Below are positions 1-9,793 of a DNA stretch of 64,000 nucleotides, in pieces; position 1 is the stretch's first letter; the number at the start of each line of letters is the position of its first letter. A program made the position numbers and the translations under genes. Under the pieces are notes generated by a model, which saw nothing but the letters and a program-made list of their open reading frames with translations, did not search any database and was not told the DNA's origin. The DNA is from Burkholderiales bacterium (lineage in GTDB: Bacteria; Pseudomonadota; Gammaproteobacteria; Burkholderiales; Burkholderiaceae_C): the NCBI GenBank assembly GCA_026400105.1, contig JAPLPQ010000088.1, forward strand, positions 33,425 to 97,424, written 5' to 3'.

Positions 1-630
1 AACCAGCCGGCCGTCACGATCAAGGTGTTCCAGGGCGAGCGCGAAATCGCCGCCGGCAACAAGGCGCTGGGCGAGTTCAACCTCGAAGGCATCCCGCCGG
101 CCAGCCGTGGCACGCCGCAGATCGAAGTCTCGTTCGACATCGACGCCAACGGCATCCTGCATGTCGGCGCCAAGGACAAGGGCACCGGCAAGGAAAGCAA
201 GATCACGATCAAGGCCAACTCCGGCCTGTCGGAAGCCGAGATCGAGAAGATGGTCAAGGATGCCGAAGCCAACGCCGCCGAAGACCACAAGAAGGTCGAG
301 CTGGTGCAGGCGCGCAACCAGGGCGACGCCATGGTCAGCTCGGTCAAGAAGAGCCTGACCGAGTACGGCGACAAGATCGACGCCGCCGAGGAGACCGCGA
401 TCGAAGCCGCGATCAAGGAAGTCGAGGAAGCCATCAAGGGCGACGACAAGGCCGCCATCGAAGCCAAGACCGAAGCGCTGATGACCGTCAGCCAGAAGCT
501 CGGCGAGAAGATGTACGCCGACATGCAGGCCCAGCAGGGTGCTGCCGCTGCCGCCGGCTCGGAAGGCACCGCCCGTCCGGCCGACGACAATGTGGTCGAC
601 GCCGAGGTCAAGGAAGTCAAGAAGGACTGA
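1..630 (+). CDS. dnaK: Chaperone DnaK, C-terminal part (begins before window)
   Basis: [15 protein letters not shown]...[17 protein letters not shown]...[12 protein letters not shown] Hsp70 C-terminus; directly upstream of dnaJ. Confidence 0.98.
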   Translation, partial: NQPAVTIKVFQGEREIAAGNKALGEFNLEGIPPASRGTPQIEVSFDIDANGILHVGAKDKGTGKESKITIKANSGLSEAEIEKMVKDAEANAAEDHKKVELVQARNQGDAMVSSVKKSLTEYGDKIDAAEETAIEAAIKEVEEAIKGDDKAAIEAKTEALMTVSQKLGEKMYADMQAQQGAAAAAGSEGTARPADDNVVDAEVKEVKKD

Positions 631-719
631 TCCTTCGTTCCTGACCTGAACACCGCCGCGCGCGGGTCTGCCGACCCGGCGCGGCGTTCGCACTATCAGC
701 CCTACCCCCTGCAAGCACC

Positions 720-1856
720 ATGGCCAAACGAGACTTTTACGAAATCCTGGGCGTCGGCAAGACCGCCAGCGACGACGAGATCAAGAAGGCGTATCGCAAG
801 CTGGCGATGAAGCACCACCCGGACCGCAACCAGGGTGACGCCTCCAAGGCCGCCGAAGAGAAGTTCAAGGAGGCCAAGGAAGCCTACGAGATGCTGAGCG
901 ACCCGCAAAAGCGCGCCGCCTACGACCAGTACGGCCACGCCGGCGTCGACCCGAACATGCGCGGCGGCCCGGGCGGCGCCGAGGGCTTCGGCGGCTTTGG
1001 CGATGCCTTTGGCGACATCTTCGGTGACATCTTTGGCGGCCAGCGTGGCGGTCAGCGCGGCGGCCGTCAGGTCTACCGCGGCAACGACCTGTCCTACGCG
1101 ATGGAGATCACGCTCGAGGAAGCCGCCGCCGGCAAGGACAGCCAGATCCGCATCCCGAGCTGGGACGAATGCGACACCTGCCACGGCAGCGGCGCCAAGC
1201 CCGGCACCAGCGCCAAGACCTGCAACACCTGCCAGGGCAGCGGCGCGGTGCAGATGCGCCAGGGCTTCTTCAGCGTGCAGCAGACCTGCCCGCATTGCCA
1301 CGGCAGCGGCAAGATCATCCCCGAGCCCTGCACCAGCTGCCACGGCCAGGGCAAGATCAAGAAGAACAAGACGCTCGAGATCAAGATCCCGGCCGGCATC
1401 GACGACGGCATGCGCATCCGCTCGGCCGGCAACGGCGAACCCGGACGCAACGGCGGCCCGGCCGGCGACCTGTTCATCGAGATCCGCGTCAAGCGCCACG
1501 AACTGTTCGAGCGCGACGGCGACGACCTGCACTGCAAGGTGCCGGTCAGCGTCACGACTGCGGCGCTCGGCGGCGAGATCGAGGTGCCGACCCTGGCCGG
1601 CAAGGCCGCGATCGACATCCCCGAAGGCACCCAGCACGGCAAGCAGTTCCGCCTGCGCGGCAAGGGCATCAAGGGCGTGCGCTCGAGCTACCCCGGCGAC
1701 CTCTACGTCCATGTCGATGTCGAGACCCCGGTCAAGCTGACCGAACACCAGCGCAAGCTGCTCAAGGAACTCGACGAATCGTTCAAGAAGGGCGGCCACA
1801 AGCACAGCCCGAACGACAAGGGCTGGTTCGACAAGTTCACCGAGTTCTTCTCTTAA
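720..1856 (+). CDS. dnaJ: Chaperone DnaJ
   Basis: J-domain with HPD, G/F-rich region, four CxxCxGxG repeats. Confidence 0.99.
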   Translation: MAKRDFYEILGVGKTASDDEIKKAYRKLAMKHHPDRNQGDASKAAEEKFKEAKEAYEMLSDPQKRAAYDQYGHAGVDPNMRGGPGGAEGFGGFGDAFGDIFGDIFGGQRGGQRGGRQVYRGNDLSYAMEITLEEAAAGKDSQIRIPSWDECDTCHGSGAKPGTSAKTCNTCQGSGAVQMRQGFFSVQQTCPHCHGSGKIIPEPCTSCHGQGKIKKNKTLEIKIPAGIDDGMRIRSAGNGEPGRNGGPAGDLFIEIRVKRHELFERDGDDLHCKVPVSVTTAALGGEIEVPTLAGKAAIDIPEGTQHGKQFRLRGKGIKGVRSSYPGDLYVHVDVETPVKLTEHQRKLLKELDESFKKGGHKHSPNDKGWFDKFTEFFS

Positions 1857-1882
1857 GACGAAGAACATGCTGAAATGGGCGC

Positions 1883-3247
1883 ATGAGCGTTCAGATCAGC
1901 TTCCTCGGCGGGGCCGGCACCGTGACCGGCTCCAAGTTCCTTGTCCAGCACCAGGACCAGCGCCTGCTAGTCGACTGCGGGCTGTTCCAGGGCTACAAGC
2001 AGCTGCGGCTGCGCAACTGGATGCCGCCGCCGGTGGCACCCGGCCAGATCGACGCGGTGGTGCTGACCCATGCCCACCTCGACCACAGCGGCTACCTGCC
2101 GCTGCTGGTGCGCGAAGGCTTCAAGGGCCGGGTCTGGTGCACGCCGGGCACGCGCGACCTGTGCGAGATCCTGCTGCCCGACTCGGGCCATATCCAGGAA
2201 GAAGATGCCGCCTTTGCCAACCTGCACGGCTTCTCCAAGCACCACCCGGCGCTGCCGCTCTACACCGTTGCCGACGCCAAGGCCAGCCTGGAGCGGCTGC
2301 AGACCGTGCCGCCCTTCCATGCCTTCGAGCCGCTGCCCGGCTGGCAGGCCAGGCTGCAGCCGGCCGGTCACATCATCGGTGCGGCCAGCCTGCTGATCGA
2401 GGTCGGCGGCAAGCGGCTGCTGTTCTCGGGCGACCTCGGGCGCTCGGACGACCTGCTGATGCTGCCGCCCGAAGCGCCACCCGGCGCTGACGCCGTGATC
2501 ATCGAGTCGACCTACGGCGACCGCGAGCATCCGTCACAGGACCTGCTCGACGAGCTGGCCCCGGCGCTCGCGCGCGTCGCGGCGCGCGGCGGCACGGCCG
2601 TGGTGCCGGTGTTCGCGGTCGGTCGGGCGCAGGCCCTGCTGCATGCGATCGCCCTGCTCAAGCAGCAGCACCGGCTGCCGCGCGGCCTGCCGGTCTACCT
2701 CGACAGCCCGATGGCAATCCACAGCACCGAAGTGTTCGCGCACCATCCGGGCGAACACCGGCTCGACGCCAGCCAGGTGCATGAGATGGCGCATGCCGCC
2801 ACCATGGTGCGCACGCCCGACGAATCCAAGGCCATCGCCACCATGCACGGCCCCAAGATCGTGCTGGCGGCCAGCGGCATGGCAACCGGCGGGCGCGTGC
2901 TGCACCACCTGGTGCAATACCTGGGTGATCACCGCAACATGGTGCTGCTGACCGGCTACCAGGCGCCGGGCACGCGCGGCGCCGCGCTGGTCAAGGGCAG
3001 CAGCACGCTGCGCATCCACGGCCAGGACCTGCCGGTGCGGGCCGAGGTCGTGCAGCTGCAGTCGGCCTCGGCCCATGCCGACGCGCGCCAGCTCATGACC
3101 TGGCTGCGCGCAGTGCCGGGCACACCGCACCGGGCCTTCGTGGTCCACGGCGACCTGGAAGCCTCGGACGCGCTGCGCCAGCGCATCGAGCGCGAGCTGC
3201 ACTGGCAAGCCGTCGTGCCCGAGCATGGGTCGAGCTGGCGGGTCTAG
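1883..3247 (+). CDS. Metallo-beta-lactamase/beta-CASP family ribonuclease (RNA specificity domain)
   Basis: LTHAHLDHSG, AGHIIG, FSGDLG, ESTYG, SAHAD, VHGD motifs. Confidence 0.9.
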   Translation: MSVQISFLGGAGTVTGSKFLVQHQDQRLLVDCGLFQGYKQLRLRNWMPPPVAPGQIDAVVLTHAHLDHSGYLPLLVREGFKGRVWCTPGTRDLCEILLPDSGHIQEEDAAFANLHGFSKHHPALPLYTVADAKASLERLQTVPPFHAFEPLPGWQARLQPAGHIIGAASLLIEVGGKRLLFSGDLGRSDDLLMLPPEAPPGADAVIIESTYGDREHPSQDLLDELAPALARVAARGGTAVVPVFAVGRAQALLHAIALLKQQHRLPRGLPVYLDSPMAIHSTEVFAHHPGEHRLDASQVHEMAHAATMVRTPDESKAIATMHGPKIVLAASGMATGGRVLHHLVQYLGDHRNMVLLTGYQAPGTRGAALVKGSSTLRIHGQDLPVRAEVVQLQSASAHADARQLMTWLRAVPGTPHRAFVVHGDLEASDALRQRIERELHWQAVVPEHGSSWRV

Positions 3248-3313
3248 CCAGGTTGCACTGGACCGACTCTTCCCCGGGAGAGGGTGGATTCTGGGCTAGA
3301 ATCCGGCATCAAT

Positions 3314-3387
3314 GCGGGTGTAGTTCAATGGCAGAACGGCAGCTTCCCAAGCTTCATACGAGGGTTCGATTCCCTTCACCCGCTCCA
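3314..3387 (+). tRNA. tRNA-Gly (anticodon CCC)
   Basis: 74 nt cloverleaf GCGGGTG...TT-CCC-AA...GGTTCGATTCC...CACCCGCTCCA with encoded CCA; TAGAAT -10-like element at 3297-3302. Confidence 0.97.
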
Positions 3388-3421
3388 TCTAGCCCTTTCA
3401 TAACGTCGCAAGACATCGCAT

Positions 3422-3455
3422 AAGCCGCTAATTCCCCTGGGAAAGCGGCTTTTTT
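3422..3455 (+). terminator. Rho-independent terminator after tRNA-Gly
   Basis: AAGCCGCT...AGCGGCTT stem followed by T-run. Confidence 0.7.
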
Positions 3456-3504
3456 GTCATCTTGCGTCACCGCATCGCGGCACCCGACCCACTGAACACC
3501 CCCC

Positions 3505-4374
3505 ATGAGCACCACCCCCTCCCGCCCCATCCTGGTCATCTACCACGGCGACTGCCCGGACGGCTTCGGCGCCGCCTATGCGGCCTGGCTCGCGCTCGGC
3601 GACCAGGCCGACTACCTGTCCTGCAAGCACGGCGACCCGGCACCCGACGTGAGCGGGCGCCAGGTCTACATCCTCGACTTCTCGTTTGCGCCCGCGGTGC
3701 TCGAGCAGATGCGCGCGCAGGCCGACTCGATCACGCTGCTGGACCACCACAAGACGGCACAGGACCAGCTGAGCTGCATGAGCTGCGGACCGAAGTTCTC
3801 GCTGCTGTTCGACCTGCAGAAGTCGGGCGCGCGGCTGGCCTGGGAGCATTTCCACCCGGGCCAGGCCGTGCCGTATCTGATCGCACGCATCGAGGACCGC
3901 GACCTCTGGAACTGGAAGTTCGAGGACAGCCGCGAGTTGCTGGCGGTGCTCGACACGCGCGGGTTCGACTTCCAGGCCTGGCACGCGCTGCGGCTGCAGG
4001 CCGATGAGCCGGCGGCGCGCCAGGCCCTGGTCGAACAGGGCAGCGCCCTGCGCCGCCAGTACGAAGGCCTGGTCGCCAGCGTGGCCAAGGGCGCGTTCGA
4101 GCTCACGCTGCTCGGGCACCAGACGCTGGCGGTCAACGCCGTGAGCGAATTCACCAGCGAGCTCGGCAACATCCTGGCCCTGCGCACCGGCAGCTTTGCC
4201 GTGGTGTTCAAGATCGACAGCCCCGAGTTCGTCAAGGTCAGCCTGCGCTCGCTGCGCAGCTTCGATGTGTCGCCGATCGCGCTGCGCTTCGGCGGCGGCG
4301 GCCACCCCCAGGCCAGCGCCTTCAGGCTGCCGATGAGCCGGTTTGCCGACTTCCTGGCCGGAACGCTCGAGTGA
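3505..4374 (+). CDS. DHH/DHHA1 family phosphoesterase (NrnB-like oligoribonuclease or nucleotide phosphodiesterase)
   Basis: YHGDCPDG, ILDFSF, LLDHHKT, FGGGGHPQAS motifs. Confidence 0.85.
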   Translation: MSTTPSRPILVIYHGDCPDGFGAAYAAWLALGDQADYLSCKHGDPAPDVSGRQVYILDFSFAPAVLEQMRAQADSITLLDHHKTAQDQLSCMSCGPKFSLLFDLQKSGARLAWEHFHPGQAVPYLIARIEDRDLWNWKFEDSRELLAVLDTRGFDFQAWHALRLQADEPAARQALVEQGSALRRQYEGLVASVAKGAFELTLLGHQTLAVNAVSEFTSELGNILALRTGSFAVVFKIDSPEFVKVSLRSLRSFDVSPIALRFGGGGHPQASAFRLPMSRFADFLAGTLE

Positions 4375-4512
4375 GCGGTCCCCGGCTGCCGCAGCAGCCG
4401 TATCAGCCCCAGGTCGAACCGGGATTCGGGCCGAGGAATAAGCCCCAGCCGTGACAAGGCTCGCGCCAGCAGGCATGCTGTCAAGACCTTGACCACTGAG
4501 CCAGGAGCACGC

Positions 4513-5412
4513 ATGCCGCATCCAGTCCCTCGTCCGACCGCCGCCGACTTCGATCAGGAGCTGCTGATCCTGTTCGATGCCTATGTGCATGGCGACATCG
4601 ACCGCCGCAGTTTCCTCGAGCGCGCGCGGCGCTTCGCGGTCGGCGGCCTGACAGCGGCCGGACTGCTCGCCGCGCTCAGCCCGGATTTCGCGCGCGCCCA
4701 GGTCGCGCCCGATGCCAGCGGCCTGCGCATCGAAACGATCACCATCGATTCGCCACAGGGCTACGGCAGCCTGCCGGGCTATCTGTGCCGGCCAGCAAAA
4801 GCCAGCGGTCCGCTGCCGGCGGTGCTGGTGGTGCACGAGAACCGCGGGCTCAATCCGCATATCGAGGATGTGACGCGCCGGCTGGCGCTCGAAGGCTATC
4901 TGGCGCTGGCGCCCGACGCGCTCGGGCCCCTGGGCGGCTATCCCGGCGACGAGGACAAGGCGCGCGCACTGTTCGGTCAGCTCGACCAGAACAAGACCCA
5001 GCAAGACATGCTGGCGGCCGCACAGGCGCTGCTGCGCCACCCCGACTCGAACGGCCGGCTCGGCGTGGTCGGTTTCTGCTGGGGCGGCAGCATCGCGCAC
5101 TGGCTGGCGACGCGTATGCCCGAACTGGCCGCCGCCGTGCCCTTCTATGGCAACCACCCGCCGGCCAGCGAGGCAGTCAAGGTCAAGGCGCCGCTGCTGA
5201 TCCATTTCGCCGACCAGGACGAGCGCATCAACGCGGCCTGGCCGGCCTACGAGGCCGCGCTCAAAGCCGCTGGCGCGCGCTTCGAGGCGCAGCGCTACCC
5301 CGGCACCCAGCATGGCTTTCACAACGACACGACGCCGCGCTACGACGCTGCGGCCGCACGCCTGGCCTGGTCGCGCACGCTCGACTTCCTGGCCCGGCAG
5401 CTCAAGGGCTGA
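4513..5412 (+). CDS. Dienelactone hydrolase family protein (YghX-like)
   Basis: N-terminal FDAYVHGDIDRRSFL, HENRGLNPHI, GFCWGG nucleophile, HGFHND. Confidence 0.9.
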   Translation: MPHPVPRPTAADFDQELLILFDAYVHGDIDRRSFLERARRFAVGGLTAAGLLAALSPDFARAQVAPDASGLRIETITIDSPQGYGSLPGYLCRPAKASGPLPAVLVVHENRGLNPHIEDVTRRLALEGYLALAPDALGPLGGYPGDEDKARALFGQLDQNKTQQDMLAAAQALLRHPDSNGRLGVVGFCWGGSIAHWLATRMPELAAAVPFYGNHPPASEAVKVKAPLLIHFADQDERINAAWPAYEAALKAAGARFEAQRYPGTQHGFHNDTTPRYDAAAARLAWSRTLDFLARQLKG

Positions 5413-5501
5413 GGGCTGAGGCCTGAACCCCGGGCTCGCGCTATGGTCGTGGCCTGATAAGCTGGGCGGCTTGAACCCTTGTCGTTCCCGCTCGAAAGAA
5501 G

Positions 5502-5921
5502 ATGGCCATGTCAAACCCGCCGCGCCCGGCTGACGATGCGCTGGCCCAGCGGGCCCGCCGCATCAAGAACTCGCTGGCCGACCTGAACGCCCGCATTGCC
5601 CGGCTGTCGATTTTTCTGCAGCTGCCGCTCGATACCGAAGCCCAGGTGCAACTGATCGTCGAGCGGACGCATCCGCTGTTCCAGCGGCATGACGCTCAGC
5701 AGGCGGGCGCCGCGGCAGGGGGCCAGCACCGGCAGGGACATGCGCTGGAGGAGTTGCGCGGCCTGCTGGTGCTGCGCTGCAAGGTGATGGCCAAGCTGCT
5801 TGACAATCTGGGACTGGAGCTGACCGGGCAGATCGTCAACCAGGCCGAGGACCATCTGGACCGGCTGGGCTTCAAGCCGGGTGCGGATGGCTTTCGCCTG
5901 CTGCCACGTACCGAACCCTAG
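5502..5921 (+). CDS. Hypothetical protein
   Basis: GC3-rich 139-aa ORF with purine-rich RBS-like sequence; no recognisable motif. Confidence 0.65.
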   Translation: MAMSNPPRPADDALAQRARRIKNSLADLNARIARLSIFLQLPLDTEAQVQLIVERTHPLFQRHDAQQAGAAAGGQHRQGHALEELRGLLVLRCKVMAKLLDNLGLELTGQIVNQAEDHLDRLGFKPGADGFRLLPRTEP

Positions 5922-5952
5922 GTCCGGCAAGTCCTTCAGGCCGGAAGCGTAT

Positions 5953-8220
5953 TCAGCGCTCCGGTCCGGCTGGCAGCGCAGGGCCGTCGATCGCCCGGAT
6001 CGCCATCCGGTAGCCCGCCTCGATCAGCCGGGTCAGGGTCTTGCCCGAGAAGTCGTAGCCGCTCGAAACGGGCTCGCCGGGCACGCTCTCGCGCACGATG
6101 CGGGTGATCTGCAGCGGCGCCTGCTGGCCCATCAGCTGGATGAAGTTCGGCTGATGCCGGAGGCGGTGGGCTTGCGCGGGCGACAGATCAGCCAGCATCT
6201 CGTGCACCAGCTGCTGGAAATCATGCACCAGGGTCTCGGTCTTGAGGTCGTTGCGGATGCGCTCGGCAAACAGGATTTCCTCGCGCCTGGCCATGACCTC
6301 GGTCAGGTTGCCCGGCAGGGCCTGGGCCTTGCCCGGATAGAGGTCGACGATGTAGACCCGCTTGCCGGCCGAGCCACAGCGTTCGATCACCTGCTCGAGC
6401 GGCGAGTTGCTGACGATGCCGCCGTCCCAGAAATGCCGGCCGGCGATCGTGGTCCAGGGAAACGCCGGCGGCAGGCTGCTGCTGGCCAGGACATGGTCGG
6501 CGCTGAGGTCGTCGACATAGCTGTCGAACACCACCAGCTCGCTGGTCTCGACGTCCACCGCGCTGACGATCAGCCGGACCGGGCTGGACTTCAGGCGCGC
6601 GAAATCGACATATTGTTCCAGCAGCCGCCGCGCCGGCGATAGGTCGTAGAGGCTGGTCCAGCGCGAGGACGATGGGTCGTCGCTCCAGAACGGCTTGAGC
6701 CAGCCGGGCTGGAAGAACTGCGGCACGCCAAGCAGGGCGACCTGCCCGCCGGCGACCATGCGCCGCAGGCCCTCGTCGGCCAGCTCCGGTGACTCGGTGC
6801 CGAGCTCGTGCCAGAAGGCCTGCAGCTGCTGCGCCGCATCGTCTGGATTGCCCGCGATGATCGCGCTGTTGATGGCGCCGATCGAAACGCCGGCCACGAT
6901 GTCGGGCCGGATGTCGCGCTGCTGCAAGGCCTGGATCGCGCCGCACTCGAAGGCGCCGAAGGCACCGCCGCCCTGCAGGATGTAGACGGTCTGGTTCGGG
7001 ATCTGGTCGAGCGCAAATTCGGGCTCGGACAGCCGCGGCTTGCTCGCGCGCAGATTGACCCGGTGCTTGATCAGGCTCTCCATCACCCGGGTCTCGCCGG
7101 CAGGACGCCCGAGCGAAAACAGCCCGCGCGGCACATCGTCCTGCAGGAAGATCGCCGCGTACGAGCCGGACTCGAGCGAGCCGCGCTCGATGCGCTCGTG
7201 CCCGGGCAAGATGCGCCCGAGCAGGTTGAAGCTCAGGTCGAACACATGGCTGTAGAAATAGCTGACCTCGCAGTAGGGCGCGCGCCGCCCCAGCATGTTG
7301 CGCGCGGCATGGCGGCCTTGCTTGAAGGCATTGTCCCAATGCTCGACATGGCGCTGGCAGTTGAACACGGTGTCGAAGAAGCTGCAGACATCGCCGACCG
7401 CATAGATGCCAGGCTGACTGGTCTGCAGGAAACGATCGACCCGGATGCCGTCCGCATCGAACAAGATGCCGCTGCCATGCAGGAACTCGGTGTTGGGCCT
7501 GACGCCCACCCCCAGCAGCACCAGGTCGCAGGCCAGGGTCAGGCCGGCGCGGGTCGTCACGGCCTCGACCGCCGCCTGGCCGTGAAACTGGACCGGCGTA
7601 TCGCCCAGCACCACCTCGACGCCTTGCTGCTCGAGCTTGGCCAGCAGATGGGACGAGAACTCCGGCAGCGCCAGGCTCTCGAGCAGCCGGCCATGCTCGA
7701 CCAGGGTGACCGACAGCCCGCGCTGGCGCAAGGCCGCGGCCACTTCGAGCCCGACAAAGCTGCCACCGATCACGACCGCGCGCCTTGCCTGCAGCGCGCG
7801 GGTGCGCAAGGCCTGCGCCTCGGCCAGGTTGTGCAGCAGGTGGATGCCCTCAAGCCCGGCGCCCGGGATCTCGAGCCGTTGCGCCGACGCGCCCGTGGCG
7901 AGCAGCAACTGGCCATAGGCGATCTCCTGCTGCGCCCCGATGCACAGCCGCTGGCGCGCGGGCTGAACCGAGGTCACCGCAGCGCCTGTCCTGACTTCGA
8001 TGCCGAGCTTTTCGTAGCCGGCCGCGTCCAGTACCCAGCGCGCCGACTCGGCCGGCTCGCTCGACAGGAAGGTCTTCGAGAGCGAACTCCGGTGATAGGG
8101 CAGCTGCGGCTCGGCGGCCAGCAGCAGCACGCTGCCCTGACCCCCTTCGGCGCGCAGGGTCTGGGCCGCAGTGGCTCCAGCGACCCCGCCGCCGACGATC
8201 ACATAGTCATAGCGCTTCAT
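5953..8220 (-). CDS. Fusion of FAD/NAD(P)H ferredoxin-reductase-like oxidoreductase with patatin-like phospholipase (DUF3734-like C-terminus)
   Basis: GGGVAG, ATG, GGSFVG and GD flavoprotein motifs; then GGGAFG, GVSIG and DGG patatin motifs in one frame; start taken at MKRYDY. Confidence 0.85.
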   Translation of the reverse strand: MKRYDYVIVGGGVAGATAAQTLRAEGGQGSVLLLAAEPQLPYHRSSLSKTFLSSEPAESARWVLDAAGYEKLGIEVRTGAAVTSVQPARQRLCIGAQQEIAYGQLLLATGASAQRLEIPGAGLEGIHLLHNLAEAQALRTRALQARRAVVIGGSFVGLEVAAALRQRGLSVTLVEHGRLLESLALPEFSSHLLAKLEQQGVEVVLGDTPVQFHGQAAVEAVTTRAGLTLACDLVLLGVGVRPNTEFLHGSGILFDADGIRVDRFLQTSQPGIYAVGDVCSFFDTVFNCQRHVEHWDNAFKQGRHAARNMLGRRAPYCEVSYFYSHVFDLSFNLLGRILPGHERIERGSLESGSYAAIFLQDDVPRGLFSLGRPAGETRVMESLIKHRVNLRASKPRLSEPEFALDQIPNQTVYILQGGGAFGAFECGAIQALQQRDIRPDIVAGVSIGAINSAIIAGNPDDAAQQLQAFWHELGTESPELADEGLRRMVAGGQVALLGVPQFFQPGWLKPFWSDDPSSSRWTSLYDLSPARRLLEQYVDFARLKSSPVRLIVSAVDVETSELVVFDSYVDDLSADHVLASSSLPPAFPWTTIAGRHFWDGGIVSNSPLEQVIERCGSAGKRVYIVDLYPGKAQALPGNLTEVMARREEILFAERIRNDLKTETLVHDFQQLVHEMLADLSPAQAHRLRHQPNFIQLMGQQAPLQITRIVRESVPGEPVSSGYDFSGKTLTRLIEAGYRMAIRAIDGPALPAGPER

Positions 8221-8307
8221 CTTCGAATGTCTCATCTGGGATACAGGGCCAGCATAGCTGACCAGCTGCACCTTGGCGCCAGTGCATGACAGGCCTGCCC
8301 GCCCACG

Positions 8308-8325
8308 GCGTCATCCGCGCGACAT
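8308..8325 (+). promoter_or_regulatory. Putative Pho box upstream of phytase-like gene
   Basis: GCGTCAT-ccgc-GCGACAT, 11-bp period, resembles CTGTCAT-N4-CTGTCAY. Confidence 0.5.
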
Positions 8326-8374
8326 GAACGCTCGCTACGCTGGACAGGTACTTTTCTCATCAGCTGCAGACCCC

Positions 8375-9739
8375 ATGAATCTCCGCCCCCTGACCCTCGC
8401 GATCATCCTGACCCTGGGCACCAGCGCCGCTCTGGCCCAGACCGAAGTCGGCGCCACCCTGGCCGGCCACGCCTATCTGGCGGCCGACACCACCGTGGCC
8501 GCGCCGCGCGATGCCGGTCCGCTGTTCGCCACCAGCGGCAAGTTCGCCAACGGCAAGCGCCAGCGCGTGACCGAGCTCGGCAGCGTGCCGGCCAACACCT
8601 TCGTCGGTGACCCCAAGCAACCGCGCGCCTCCGGCGGCTTCCTGCCGGTCAAGGGCCAGTCGGTGCAGGGCTTCTCGGGCATCGTTTCGCTCGGCCATGA
8701 CGAATTCCTGACCCTGACCGACAACGGCTTCGGCAACAAGATCAACTCGATGGACGCGCTGCTGATGGTGCACCGCGTCAAGGCCGACTGGGCCAGCGGC
8801 AAGGTCAAGCGACTCAAGACCACCTTCCTGCACGACCCCGAGCGCAAGGTGCCGTTCTTCATCCAGAACGAGAACAGCAGCCAGCGCTACCTGACCGGCT
8901 CCGACTTCGACATCGAATCGATCCAGCGCATCGGCAAGGAATGGTGGATCGGCGAGGAGTTCGGCCCCTATGTGCTGCGCACCGACGAGCAGGGCAAGGT
9001 GCTGGGCGTGATCGAGACCGTGGTCGGCGGCAAGTCCTACCAGAGCCCCGACCATTACCTGCACGCGCGCCCGGCCACGCCAGCGCCGCTACCCTTCAAT
9101 GTGCGCCGCTCGGGCGGCTTCGAGCCGATGGCACGCTCGCAGGACGGCAGCAAGCTCTACCCGATGTTCGAGTGGCCGCTGTGGGATGCCCAGACCAATG
9201 GCTACGAAAGCCACCAGGGCAAGCCCTACACCCGCATCCTCGAGCTCGACGTGGCAAGCCAGCGCTACAGCGACCAGCAGTGGAAATACCGCTTCGAGCA
9301 GGCCGGCAACGTGGCGGCCGACTTCCAGCTGATCGGTGCGACCACCGGCCTGGTGATCGAGCGCGACGATGCGTCGGAAGGCGTGGCCCCGACCTGCCCG
9401 GGCCAGCCGCGCACCGACTGCTTCACCCACCCGGCCCAGTTCAAGCGCATCTACAAGATCGACCTGGCGCAGACCGACGCCGATGGCTTCGTCAAGAAGA
9501 TCGCCTACATCGACCTGACCCGCATCGCCAATCCCAAGGGTCTGGCGCGCCTGGGTGACAACAGCGCAACCTTCGCCCTGCCCCACCTCGGCCCCGAGGG
9601 CCTGACCCTGGTCGATGACGAACATATCGCGGTCGTCAACGACAACAACTTCCCCTACTCCTCGGGCCGCACCCTGGGCCAGCCCGACCACAACGAGATC
9701 ACGCTGCTCAACGTCAAGGCGCTGATCGAGGCCCAGTAA
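8375..9739 (+). CDS. Exported 'esterase-like activity of phytase' family protein
   Basis: Signal peptide (ALA-Q); QGFSG, TDNGFG, DFDIES, EEFGPY, NDNNFP motifs. Confidence 0.85.
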   Translation: MNLRPLTLAIILTLGTSAALAQTEVGATLAGHAYLAADTTVAAPRDAGPLFATSGKFANGKRQRVTELGSVPANTFVGDPKQPRASGGFLPVKGQSVQGFSGIVSLGHDEFLTLTDNGFGNKINSMDALLMVHRVKADWASGKVKRLKTTFLHDPERKVPFFIQNENSSQRYLTGSDFDIESIQRIGKEWWIGEEFGPYVLRTDEQGKVLGVIETVVGGKSYQSPDHYLHARPATPAPLPFNVRRSGGFEPMARSQDGSKLYPMFEWPLWDAQTNGYESHQGKPYTRILELDVASQRYSDQQWKYRFEQAGNVAADFQLIGATTGLVIERDDASEGVAPTCPGQPRTDCFTHPAQFKRIYKIDLAQTDADGFVKKIAYIDLTRIANPKGLARLGDNSATFALPHLGPEGLTLVDDEHIAVVNDNNFPYSSGRTLGQPDHNEITLLNVKALIEAQ

Positions 9740-9793
9740 ACCCGGCTGCCCTGCGCCTGGCGCGGCCGATCCTGGCCGCCCGGGCGGACCCAC

